NCBI RefSeq assembly: GCF_964194155.1 | Contig: NC_135901.1 | Span: 24,924,001-24,988,000 of the forward strand | Length of the DNA stretch: 64,000 bases | Direction of reading: 5' to 3' | Source of the DNA: Cetorhinus maximus | Lineage: Eukaryota | Shown: in pieces, positions 25,311 to 36,838 of the stretch | How positions within the stretch are numbered: position 1 is the first letter of the stretch | Layout: every line of letters begins with the position of its first letter | Made by a program: the position numbers and the translations under genes | Notes under the pieces: model-generated | Database searches by the model: none | Told to the model about the DNA's origin: nothing | What the model saw: the letters and a program-made list of their open reading frames with translations, nothing else

Positions 25311-26482
25311 AAATATGCACTTGTAAAATAGGTTGAAAACATCTACAGAAATACCTGCTCCTAAAACAATATCCTTTTACATTGTGGGGACAGTGTCTGT
25401 TTGGCAAGCTGATCTCTCCTAGAATGTACTTCCCTTGACAATTTCATACTGGAAATTGCTGGGCTCGACTGGGTTCCAAAGTGCTCGGGGTTAAACCCAG
25501 CAGTTTCTCCTCCATCTCCACTCCAGCTAAACTGATGCAATAAAGGCTTTCAAAAGGGAATTGGATAAAATACCTGAAGAGAATAGAATTGCTGAGCTAC
25601 AAGGACAGGATAGGGGAATGGGACGAGCTGATTGCTCTTGCAAAGAACCAGCACAGCCACAGTGGGCTAAATGGCCTCCTTCTGTATTGTAATTATACTA
25701 TGAATGCATGAAGAAGGACCTACATTTGAACATACGAATTAGAAGCAGGAGAAGGCCAGTCGGCCCCTCAAACCTACTCCATCATTCAATAAGATCATGG
25801 TTGATCTGATCGTGGCCTCAATTCCACATTCCAACTCCCCCTGATAATCTACCATGGAGGCCAGGGACCAACCTCCCCAACCAACACCAACCCTGATACA
25901 ATTCTGTGCTTAATTGGTTCATCTCTGTTTCTAGATTCAGTTCTTTGAGCAACACCTGCAATCAAACAAAAGCAAAATGCTGTGGTTACTGGAAATCTGA
26001 ATTAAAAAGAGCAAATGCTGGAAATACTCAGCAGGTCAGACAGTAGCTGTGGAAAGAAAAAAGGAATTAATGTTAATGAATTACAGGAAATAAAAACGGA
26101 GCAGTATTTGATGGACAATATAAGCTCAGAAGCGGAAGAGAAATAATCTCTAATGGAGGAAAAACAATTCCTGACCACAGAAAGATAAAACTGGTAAATC
26201 AGTGGTGAATAACCAGGGGATACGCAGATGTGGAAACCTGATTTAGACACATTTGGCAGAGATAACAGTAAATTACCAAACATAACTAAAATACCACATT
26301 ATTAGAGGCAGAGGAAGCTAGACAATGGCAGACAGGTGATTGGGGAGAGCAGATATGAAGCAGAGCAATAAATGAGAATGGATTCAGATCCACAGTAAAG
26401 GAACCACACCAGCCCCAGTATCATGGAACCAGAGCACAGCACTAAAAGCTCTAAACTGTAGATGCATGTTCAATAATACTCA

Positions 26483-26710
26483 CCTCTGAAACAATTTCAA
26501 ATTTAGAATCTACTGGAGCCTGCAGCTGAAAAGATATCAGGAGCACTGGAGTCAGAGAAAAATCTGGCAGTCTTTGAATCTTCCAACTCCCTGCAAAATG
26601 AAATTACAAAAGTCATAATTGTAGATGTGGTTAGAAATTCAGGAGAGACAAACACTTCTCTTGGTTTGAGTCTGCTGTGTGTAAATCCTCTCCTGCTAAC
26701 TCCCTGTAAA
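26483..26710 (-). other. Putative non-coding 5' exons of ZF4
   Basis: Acceptor-like ttttacag|ggagttagcaggagaggattt and ttttgcag|ggagttgg; donor GAG|gtgagt near 26483. Homologous to 63750-64000 and 40200-40300. Confidence 0.5.
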
Positions 26711-26769
26711 AGGAGTTTCCAAAATCCATCCCTGTCCTCACAAGATAGAAATTTATATCATCTCCTGCT

Positions 26770-27330
26770 TGTAACTTAGGCAGCGACATACTTGCATTGG
26801 AGGCATTCAGAAAATTTTCATGAGGCTGATTCCTGGGATGAGGGGGTTTGTCTTATGAGGGAAGGTTGAACAAGTTGGGTCTGTAGTCATTGGAGTTTAG
26901 GAGAATGAGAGGTGAGCTTACTGAAATATGTAAGATTCTGAGGGGGCTTGACAGGATGGATCAAAAAGGTTGCTTCCACTCATGGGGGAATCTAGAATCA
27001 ATGGGCACGGTTAAAAAATAAGGGTTCTCCCATTTAATGCTAGGATGAGGAGAAATTTCTTCTGAGGATTGTCAGTCTCTGGAAATATTTTCCCCACAGT
27101 GGGTGAGCAGTGGAGGCTGTTCATTGAACATATTCAATCCTGATTTAAACAGATTTTTGATCTACAAGTGAGTCAAGGGTTATATGGGGCTAGGTGGGTT
27201 GGGAGGTGGGAGGCATACAAGAAAGTGGCGTTAAGGCCACAGTCTGATCGACCGTGATCTTATTGAATGGTGGAGCATGCAAGATGGGCCAAATGGCCGA
27301 CTGCGAATTCTGATGTTCTTATTCTTATGT
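26770..27330 (+). mobile_element. Decayed CR1 3' fragment
   Basis: gattcctgggatg.., gagtttaggagaatgagaggtgag.., tail gatgttcttattcttatg. Confidence 0.75.
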
Positions 27331-27334
27331 TGTT

Positions 27335-27910
27335 AGGCCGGCCGCGCATTACCCCCCTGAAGATGGCGACAGTTAACCTGGGCCAGTCACCACCCCTTGT
27401 GTGCAGAATGACAATAAAATAAACGAGTCAATAATTTTCTCTCCTGGTCACCGGGACCCTGAGGCCCCGCCTACTCTGTTTCGTCACCGAGATGGCCGCG
27501 CATGCGCTCCAGTCCCCGCTGAACCAAGCTCGCGGCTGGGCCTGTTCCCGGGGAAAAGAAACCGAGACCCACAAACGTGGGACTTGCAGGGCCTTACTCG
27601 GGCCCTGCGGCCTACACCAGGTGTTTACGAAGCCTCCCCGCTCCTCAGCTCCTGGCTCCATTCCTCCCTTCCCTTCCCTTCCCACGCCGACTCGCCGGCT
27701 CCATTCCTCCTCTCGCTTTCCCGACCTGATCCGCTCGCTCTCATCCATTTCCAATCGCGTCGGTCACCCTCGCACGGCTTCTGAGCAAAGTGACACTGCG
27801 CATGCTCCTGGAAGTCCAGCACTGCACCTGCGCACTGGACTCCTGTAGAGTGAATAGGGCATATTCGTAGCCGCAGGGAATGTTGGGTGACAGCAGCGCC
27901 ATTGGAACAT
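27335..27910 (-). promoter_or_regulatory. CpG-island promoter, probably of ZF4
   Basis: CpG-dense; gcgcatgcgc, tgcgcatgc, aagatggcg (YY1-like) and a ZNF143-like site near 27872-27890. Inverted paralogue of 62740-63250. Confidence 0.75.
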
Positions 27911-28399
27911 CGAAATGCACAACAGAAAATAATATTATTACGCAATAGAGATAAAATAATAAAAACAAATTCTTGTAAATCTGCGCGCTGCCCTGTTCCA
28001 TACCCAAAATGTCTTAAACGGCTGCTCTCCTGTGGGAAAATGCTGAGCTTTTAAAGCTTTTCCCACTGGTTCCCCTTTCACTCCTCCCCAGAAACTGCTG
28101 ATTCTGGCTGGGTTCAAACCCACTGGTTCCTCTCTCTTACTCGGCCTATCCCCAGATACTGAATATTCACTGTTTTATAGAATGATGCAGCACAGATGGT
28201 CCATCATACCTGTGCTGGTTGTTTGGAAGATCTAGTGAATTAATTCCACAGACCTGTTGGCATTGTCACATCCATGTATATCTGCTGTAATAATGCAGGA
28301 GGTGAATGGAAAAGGCTCTCCAGGTGGATGCTTCTCAGACACACTCACCCCTGTGGAAAGATCGATTGACCAGTGAACTGGGCAGCTATTAAGGGTTCA

Positions 28400-28950
28400 C
28401 TAAAATAAAAACAGAAATTGTGGGAAAACTCAGCAGGTCTGGCTGCACCTATGGAAAGAGAAACAGAGTTAATGTTTCGAGTCCAACATGATTCTTCTTC
28501 AGAACTGAACTGGACAGTCTTTTGTTCTTTATTCTGCCATTAAAACTGACTGGGTTTTGTTTCTTTATTACAACCGTTACCACTCCCTTTGCTCTTCGTT
28601 CCATTACACCTTTGTTATTTAATCTCTACCGCCCTCTAACCTATCCCTGACCTTCTCTTTTATTCTATCTGACACTGCCCTCTTCTTCAACAGCTTAAAA
28701 CCCATCCTATTTCTATAGATAAAAGCAAAATACTGTGGATGCTGGAAATCTGAAACAAAAAATAGAAAATGTTGGAAAAACTCAGCAGGTCTGACAGCAT
28801 GTGTGGAGAGAGACACAGGGTTGACTTATCGAGTCCATATGACTCTACTTCAGATCCACCCTATTTCTACCTCACGTCAGTCCTGAAGAAGAGTCATACT
28901 GGACTCTAAACATTAACTCTGTTTCTCTCTCCACAGATGCTGTCAGAGAA
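28400..28950. mobile_element. Inverted PLE remnant with a second PLE end nested inside
   Basis: Minus arm 28400-28508; plus arm about 28515-28950. Nested minus copy 28716-28859 is flanked by a 10-bp direct repeat CCTATTTCTA (28706-28715 and 28860-28869). Confidence 0.75.
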
Positions 28951-28969
28951 TCCTTCAAAAAACACCCAA

Positions 28970-29415
28970 GAAGCTTGACAACATCCAAGACAAAGCAGTC
29001 CGCTTGATTGGCACCCCTTCCACGAACATTCACTCCCTCCACCACCACATAGTGACAGCAATGTGTACCATCTATAAGGTACACTGCAGAAACTCACGAA
29101 GGCTCCTTAAACACCTCCTTTCAAGCCCACGACCACAACCATCTAGAAGGACAAGGGTATTAGACACATGGGTTCACCACAACCTGGAATATCCCCTCCA
29201 AGCCACCCACCATCCTGACTTGGAAATATATCACTGCTCCTTCACTGTTGCTAGGTCAAAATCCTTTCCTAACAGCACTGTGGGTGTATGTACATCACAT
29301 GGACTGCAGCGGTTCAAGAAAAAAATTCACCACCATCTTCTGCAAGGCAATTAGGGATGGGCAATAAATGCTGGCCCAGCCAGTGAAGCCCACAACCCAT
29401 GAATGAATAAAAAAA
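28970..29415 (+). mobile_element. LINE family A 3' end
   Basis: LDNIQDKAVRLIGTPSTNIHSLHH, then tail ..cccatgaatgaataaaaaaa. Confidence 0.85.
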
Positions 29416-29727
29416 ATCCCAAGTCATTCGGAGTTTGGAGTAGTTTCATTTCTGTATTTTGTTTTGCCAGAGGGGTAGCTTTTCTCTGAGTGAGTTACAA
29501 CCAAAGGAGCTTTGAGAATAGTTGCCGATTGTTTCAGTGATGGTTTGAAGGACTGTGATGATAATAACCTCAGATTTTTGGGCTAAGTATTGTGTTGGGT
29601 ATTTAATAAGGATGCTACAGCTGTCATGGGGAATCAAAGACACAGCAACAGTCTGATACAGTCCTTGTTCATAAAACCTAGACCAATCCACATAAACACC
29701 AGTGTAGTCTAACAGTGGTCCATTGGG

Positions 29728-30885
29728 GTGGAGTTCCAGGATTGTGACCCAGCGACAGTGAAGAAACAATGATATATTTACAAGTCAGGATGGTGAGTGG
29801 CTTGGTGGGGGGTGGGGGCGTGGGGGGGTGGGGGGGTGAATTTATAGGTGGTGGAGTTCCCATCCATCTGCTGCCCTTGTCCTTCTAAATGGTAGTGGTC
29901 ATGTGTTTTGAAGGTGCTGTCGAAGGAGCCTTGGTGAATTCCTGCATCTTGTAGATGGTGCACAGTGCTGCTAGTGTGTGTCAGTGGTGTAGGGAGTGAA
30001 TGTTTGTGGATGTGGTGCCAATTAAGAGGATTGCTTTGTCCTGGACGGTCAAGCTTCTTGAGTGCTGTGGGAGCTCACTCATTCAGGCAAGAGGGGAGTA
30101 TTCCATCACACTCCTGACTTGTGCCTTGTAGATGGTGGACAGGCTCTGTGGAGTCAGGGGGTGAGTTACTCATTGCATGATTCCTAGCGTCTGACCTGCT
30201 CTTGTAGCCATAGCATTTATATGGCTAGTCCAGTTCAGTTTCTGGTCAATGGTAACCCCCAGGATGCTCATAGTGGGAAATTCAGTGATCATAATGCCAT
30301 TGAACATTAAAGGGCGATGGTTGGATTCTCTCTTGTTGGAGATGATCCATTGCTTGACACTTGTGTGGTGCGAATATTACTTACCACTTGTCAGCCCAAG
30401 CCTGGATATTGTCCAGGTCTTGCTGCATTTGGACATGGACTGCGTCAGTATCTCAGGACTGGCAAATGGTGCTGAACATTGTGCAATCATCAGCGAACAT
30501 CTCCACTTCTGACCTTATGATGGAAGGGAGGTCATTGATGAAGCAGCTGAAGGTGGTTGGGCCGAGGACACTATCCTGAGGAATTCCTGCAGTGATGCCC
30601 TGGAGCTGAGATGACTGACCTCCAACAACCACAACCATCTTTCATTGTGCTCGGTATGGCTCCAACCAGCGGAGAGTTTTCCCCTGATTCCCATTGACTC
30701 CAGTTTTGCAAGGGCTCCTTAATGCCACACTCTGTCAAATGCAGCCTTGATGTCAAGGGCAGTCATTCTCATCTCACCTCGGGAGTTCAGCTCTTTTGTC
30801 CACGTTTGAACCAAGACTGTAATGAAGTCAGGAGCTAAGTGGCCCGGGCGGAACCCAAATTGGACGTCAGTGAGCAGATTATTGT
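29728..30885 (-). mobile_element. LINE family A RT and 3' fragment
   Basis: QFGFRPGH, ALDIKAAFDRVWH, GIPQDSVLGP, FINDL, MFADD. Confidence 0.85.
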
Positions 30886-31230
30886 TTCTATAAATGACGA
30901 ATACTAGGGGACCCAGCACTGATCCCTGTGGTATGACACTGGCTTCCAGTCACGAAAGCAACCTTCTGTCATCATCCTCTGTCTCCTACAACTAAGCCAA
31001 TTTTGAATCCACCTTATCAAATTACCCTGTATCCCATGTGCATTTCCCTTCTTTATAAGTCTCCCATTTGGGACCTTGTCAAAGGCTTTACTGAAATCTA
31101 TATAAACTACATAAACTGCACTACCCTCATCTACACACCTGGTCATCTCCTCAATAAGTTGAATCAAATTTGTTAGGCATGACTTCCCTCTGACAAAGCC
31201 ATGCTGACTGTCCCTGATCAAACCTTGCCT
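30886..31230 (-). mobile_element. CR1 RT fragment
   Basis: SQHGFVRGKSCLTNL, YIDFSKAFDKVP. Confidence 0.85.
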
Positions 31231-31559
31231 GATTGATTACTATTTGAAGCTTAAGTAGTGTGAGTCATCTCAGCTCACCTCAGCTCTATTTAAGAAAGGG
31301 ACTATTAGAAGCACACAAGCAGGAGAGAGACCTCATCGTGAGTGAGACACAGCCAGAGTGAGTGTGGGTCTTGACAATTTGCTGCACAGTGGGAATTGAA
31401 TTGGTAAGTCTTTCTCTTTAATTTCTCTGAGTTCAGTAGTTTAGTTAAAAGGTTGCTCAGGTAGCTGATTCACCTGACTGTGTGACAGTTAACTGTCAAT
31501 CACCTGAAGTATGATTAGGGCCTGAATAGGTGTTGATTACTTTTTGAAGCTATATTCAA

Positions 31560-32700
31560 GACATTACTGCAGTCGATCCTCTCTGATTATCACCAGACTT
31601 GACCATGTCTCTATTTATATTGTACATGACCCTGTTATTTGTGCCCTTGATGCTGTCTCAGTTACAAACAAGAACATGTTTCTGTTTATGTTTCATTAGA
31701 CCCTGTCTCAGTTATTTGACCATGTCTCTAATTATATCTACCTGTATTACATGAGGCCCTGTATTAGTAACATTACTAACAATTCGAAAGTACTTAATTA
31801 GATGTAAAGTGTTTTGACACATTTGGTGATCATGAAATGAGCTATATAAATGCAAATATTTCTTAATATTATTTTGAACTGTACTAGACCCTGTCCTGGT
31901 TTATAGTACACCAGACCCGGTGTACTGATTACTGCACTGGACCCTGTCCCTGTTTATAGTGCACTTGGCCCTGTTGTGCTTTTAACTTACCTTGGCAATG
32001 GCTCAGTTATTGCCACATAAGACGAGCCCACTATTTGCACTACACTAGGCCCTGTCAAAGCAGCTACTGCAGTCGACTGTGCCACTGTAATTTGGGCCCT
32101 CTGTCTGTTACATTACAGTGGGCCATATCACAATATATCTTAGTTATTATTGCACTAGTCAGACCATGTCTTACTTAATATTCCACTAGGCACCATCCTT
32201 TTCATTACTGCACTAGATCAGGTCTTGGTTTATTTTACTCCTCCTGCTGTATCAGTAATCACTGCACTGGACCCTGTCTCAGTTGAGATTAACCTGGGCC
32301 CTGTAAATGCGAGTAGGCTCTTTCCACTTGGATTAGGAGAGTTAAACATGAGAGGACATGGCTTTAGGGTGAAAGGGGAAAGGGGGAACATTAGGGGGAA
32401 CTTCTCCACTCAGAGAGTGGTGAGAGTGTGGAATGAGCTACCATCTGACGTGGTAAATGCCGGCTCACTCTTAAGTTTTAAGAATAAATTGGATAGATAC
32501 ATGGATGGGAGAGGCCTGGAGGGTTATGAACTAGGTGCAGGTCAATGGGACTAGCGGAATAATATTTCGGCACAGACTATAAGGGCCAAATGGCCTGTTT
32601 TCTGTGCTGTAGTGTTCTATGGTTCGATGGTTCTGTCTCAGTCAACCCTCCGCTAGACCCTGTCTCAGTTTATATTAACCTAGACCCTGTATCAATAATC
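31560..32700. repeat. Degenerate minisatellite, unit about 27-28 bp
   Basis: Recurring variants of tactgcactagaccctgtctcagttat throughout; interrupted by a CR1 end. Confidence 0.7.
32304..32634 (+). mobile_element. CR1 3' end
   Basis: RGHG..RGNFSTQRVVRVWNELP..FKNKLD; tail ttctatggttcgatggttct. Confidence 0.85.
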
Positions 32701-32809
32701 AATTGCAGGGTTATGGAGAAAAGGCGGTAGAGTGTGAACAACTAAGTGATGTTAGAAGATAAGACCGGCCAATTGTCCTCCTTCTCTGGTGGAACCATTG
32801 TTTGATTCT

Positions 32810-33250
32810 TATACTAATGGCAGTCGGAGTTCCCACAATCCATCGCGCTCCAGAAACCGCTCTATCCAACTCGCTCCTTTCCCCAGGCGCTGAGAGTGCG
32901 CATGCTCCCCAGGGGCCAGCCGCGGGGCGTTCTGGGCGGCTCCTTTGTTGCGAGTCGAACTCGGTAGAAACGGGAGAAGAAACTGGGAAGCGGCGGCGAG
33001 GATGGGGGAGGCGCTGCAGCATCGCTTTAATGGGCAGCCCCGACCCCCAGTCCCCCAGCCCGGGGAGATCACCGCACGGCCGCCGGGTCCGGCCGCTCTC
33101 ATTCGGCCTCTGAGAGCCGCACTCGCTGTTCCTGAGGCTGCGCTCGCCCCTCGCTCAGTTTCCCCATTGAATCCTGTTTCTCTCCTTGTTTTTCCCAACT
33201 CAGATTCACCGCCTCATTTTCTTTTCTCCCTCTGAGCCCCTGAACTTCAT
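32810..33250 (+). promoter_or_regulatory. CpG-island promoter of ZF5
   Basis: Very CpG-rich; TTCCCACAATCCATCGCG (32830-32847, ZNF143/Staf-like) and tgcgcatgc. Confidence 0.8.
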
Positions 33251-33915
33251 CTGACAGGGTCATGTTGGAGAGCGGGCATTGACTGTCCTGGGAAACAACA
33301 GCAAGAGGAGCTCAGAGGCCGGAGGAGCAAAGGGAGCAGCAACTTCAGTCACCAATCGGGGGGGATTGAGGACTGGACCCTGAGTCAGTCAGTCAGTCAG
33401 GGGAGTCAGAGTGAACCCCTGGGGAATCAGTCATCTCTGGAAAAATTAAATGAGTATCTCTTTTATCAACAACATTATTTAACATTTATCAGTTTATTTA
33501 TTTTTTATTCTTTGTTATCTCAAACCCAGGACATCGCTGCAGGAATTCCTCAGGACAGTATCCTGGGCTCAACCATCTTCAGCTGCTTTATCAATAACCT
33601 TTTTTCCATCATAAGTCAGACTTGGGAATATATTGCCGTTCCTTCATTGTCGCTGGGTCGAAATCCTGGAACTCCCTAACAGTGCCAACACCACATGGAC
33701 TACAGCAGTTCGAGGAAGTGAACAGGAAGATTTGCTGACAGGAAACTCAAACCAAAAATCACGTCAAAACCTGACAAATTCACTCAATACATCAGGTGCT
33801 GGATGTCATTGAACCTTTAATGAGAAATGTTTTAACCAATTGCACAGCCTGAAAAAACATCTAATCATTCACAGCGGGGATAAACTGTGTATGAGGTTTG
33901 GTCTGACCATCCAAC

Positions 33916-34785
33916 ATGGACAGCCAGGAAGACACCGGCACCATGGAGAAACCGTGGAAATGTGGGGACTGTGGGAAGGGATTTGGTTCCCCATCAAAGC
34001 TGGAAATTCATCAACGCAGCCACACTGGGGAGAGGCCGTTCACCTGCTCCATGTGTGGGAAGGGATTCACTAATTCATCCAACCTGATGAGACACCAGCA
34101 CATTCACACTGAGCAGAGTTCAGTCATCTGCTCCGTGTGTGGGAAGGCAATCGGTCATTCATCAAACTTTCAGAGGCACCAGCAAACTCACAGTGGAGAG
34201 AGACCGTTCACCTGCTCCGTGTGTGGGAAGGGATTCACTCAGTCATCCTACCTGCTGACACACCAGCGTATTCACACGAGGGAGAGTCCGTTCATCTGTT
34301 CCTTGTGTGGAGAGGGATTTAATCAATTATCCAGGCTTCTGAATCATCAGAGAATTCACACTGGGGAAAGTCCATACACCTGCTTTATCTGTGGCAAGGG
34401 ATTTAATCGACCATCCAAACTACTGACACACCAGCGAATTCACACTGGGGAGAGGCCATTCACCTGCTCCATGTGCGGGAAGGGATACACCAATTCATCT
34501 GACCTGTTGACACATCAGCGAGTTCACACTGGCGAGAGGCCATTCACATGTTCCATGTGTGGAAAGGGATTCATTCGGTCATCCCACCTTCTGACACATC
34601 AACTTGTTCATACTGATCAGAGACCTTTTAAATGTTCTGAGTGTGAGAAGACCTTTAAAAGTAAAAAGGATCTGCTGACACACCAGCGAGTTCACACTGG
34701 GGAGAGGCCATTCACTTGCTCCTTGTGTGGGAAGGGATTCACTCAGTCATCCACCCTGCTGACACATCAGCGAGTTCACAAATGA
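33916..34785 (+). CDS. ZF5: intact 10-finger C2H2 zinc-finger protein
   Basis: Ten complete CxxC..HxxxH units with TGERPF-type linkers. Second ATG at 33943 is in ACCATGG context (MEKPWKC). No effector domain visible. Confidence 0.9.
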   Translation: MDSQEDTGTMEKPWKCGDCGKGFGSPSKLEIHQRSHTGERPFTCSMCGKGFTNSSNLMRHQHIHTEQSSVICSVCGKAIGHSSNFQRHQQTHSGERPFTCSVCGKGFTQSSYLLTHQRIHTRESPFICSLCGEGFNQLSRLLNHQRIHTGESPYTCFICGKGFNRPSKLLTHQRIHTGERPFTCSMCGKGYTNSSDLLTHQRVHTGERPFTCSMCGKGFIRSSHLLTHQLVHTDQRPFKCSECEKTFKSKKDLLTHQRVHTGERPFTCSLCGKGFTQSSTLLTHQRVHK

Positions 34786-34899
34786 CTATGGGGATTGAAA
34801 TCTGTGGTTACTGTTGCTGTTAATCCTGTTCAGGATTGAATTCTTTCATTCTGACAGCTGGAGTTTGTTTCTGCTGAAATATAATTGTGCAAAGATGGG

Positions 34900-36838
34900 T
34901 GGCAGCTCAGAAGACTGGATAGAATTTAAAAAAAGAAAAGAATGATTGAAAGATTAATAAAGAGAGAAAAAGTCGAGTACGAGAGAAAGTGAGGTAGAAA
35001 TATAAAGACAGATAGTAAAAGTAAATATTGATATTTAAAAATGAAAAGAGTTAACAAAGTGAGGGTTGCTCCTATAGAAAGTGAATCTGGGGAGTTAATA
35101 ATGGAAAATAAGGAGATGGCAGATGCATTGAACAGGTATTTTGCATCGTCTTCACTATAGAGGATACAAGTAACATGCCAGGAATGGCTATAAATCAGGA
35201 ATTGGAAGGGAGGGAGGAGCTCAAGAAAATTACAATCACCAGGGAAGTGGTACTGAGCAAATTGTTGGAGCTGCGGGCTGACAAGTTCCCCTGTCCTGAA
35301 GGATTTCATCCTCGGTTCTTAAAAGAAGTGGCTGGTGAGATAGTTGATGCATTGGTTTTAATTTTCCAAAATTCGCTAGATTCGGGGAAGGTTCCATCAG
35401 ATAGGAAAATAGGAAGTGTAACTCCTTTATTCAAGAAGGGAGGGAGACAGAGAGCAGGAAACTATAGGCCAGTTAGCTTAACATCTGTCATAGGGAAAAT
35501 ATTAGAAGCATTATTACAGGGCACTTAGATAAATTCAAGGTAATCAGGCAGAGTCAACGAGGTTTTGTGAGAGGGAAATCATGCTTAACCAATTTATTGG
35601 GGCTCTTTGAAGAAGTAATAGGTGCTGTGGATAAAGGGGAACTGGTGGATGTACTGTACCTATATTTCCAGAGGGCATTTGATAAGGTGCCTCATTAAAG
35701 GTTATTGCAGAAAATGAAATCTCATGGTGTACGGGATAACATATTGAACAGAAGATTAGCTAGCTAACCGGAAGCAGAGAGCAGACATAAATGGGTCTTT
35801 TTCTGATTAGCAGGATGTGATGATTAGTGTGCCACAAGGATCAGTGCTGGGACCTCAACTCTTTATAATTTATATAAATGATTTGGATGAAGGAACCAAT
35901 GGTATGGTTGCTAAATTTGCTGATGACACATAGGTAGGAAAATAAATTGTGAAGAGGACATAAGGAGGCTACAAAAGGATACAAATAGGTTAGGTGAATG
36001 GGCAAAATTCTGGCAAATGGAGTATAATGTGGGAAAATGTGATAGTGTCCATTTTGGCAGGAAGGATAAAAAAGAAGCATATTATTTAAATGGTGAGAGA
36101 TTGCAGAGCTCTGAGATTCAGAGGGATCTGTGTGTCCTAGTGCATGAATCGCAAAAGGTTAGTGTGCAGGTACAGCAAGTCATTAGCAAAGCTGAAAGAA
36201 TATTATCTTTCATTGCAAGGGAAATTGAATACAAGAGTAGAGAGGTTATGCTTCAGTTATACAGGGCACTGGTGAGCCCACATCTGGAGTACTGTGTGTA
36301 GTATTGGTCTCCTTATTTAAGGAATGATGTAAATGCATTGGAAGCAGTTCAGCGAAGGTTTAGTTGATCATTACCAGGAATGAGTGGGTTGTCTTATAAG
36401 GAAAGATTGAACAGACTAGGCTTGTATCTGCTGGAGTTTAGAAGGGTAAGAGGCAACTTTATTGAAACACATAAGATCATGAGGGGTCTTGTCAAGGTGG
36501 ATGTGGAAAGGATGTTTACTCTTCTGAGAGAATCTTTAACTAGGGACCACTCTTTAAGGGGTCGCCCATTTAAGTCAGAGATGAGGAATTATTTTTTCTC
36601 TCGTAGGGTTGTGAGACTTTGGAATTCTCTTCCTCAAAAGGCAGTTGAGACAGAATTTTTGAATATATTTAAGGCAGAGGTAGATAGATTCTTGATAAGC
36701 AAGGGGGTGAAAGGTTATCGGGGTCGGCAGGAATGTGTAGTTGAGATTACAATCAGATCAGCCATGATCTTATTGAATGGTGGAACAAGCCCGAGGGGCC
36801 GAGTGGCCTACTCCTGCTCCTAATTCGTATGTTCGTAT
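34900..36838 (+). mobile_element. CR1 LINE (RT and 3' end) inserted in the ZF5 3' UTR
   Basis: PLFKKGGRQRAGNYRPVSLTS, KFADD, LYRALVSPHLEYC, LWNSLPQ; tail tcgtatgttcgtat. ZF-type 3' UTR sequence resumes after 36840. Confidence 0.9.

Noticed and set aside
27401-28007. Several 90-130-aa ORFs over CpG islands (also 32711-33235 and 58048-58494)
   Set aside because: Expected from stop-codon scarcity in GC-rich DNA; they overlap on both strands and show no domain.
29806-29836. G-tract able to form a quadruplex (similar tracts at 15119-15175, 16605-16667, 42990-43017)
   Set aside because: Simple-sequence runs inside repeats, with nothing pointing to function.
31560-32700. CRISPR-like array
   Set aside because: Units are degenerate throughout, with no invariant repeat and unique spacers, no cas genes, and a vertebrate context.
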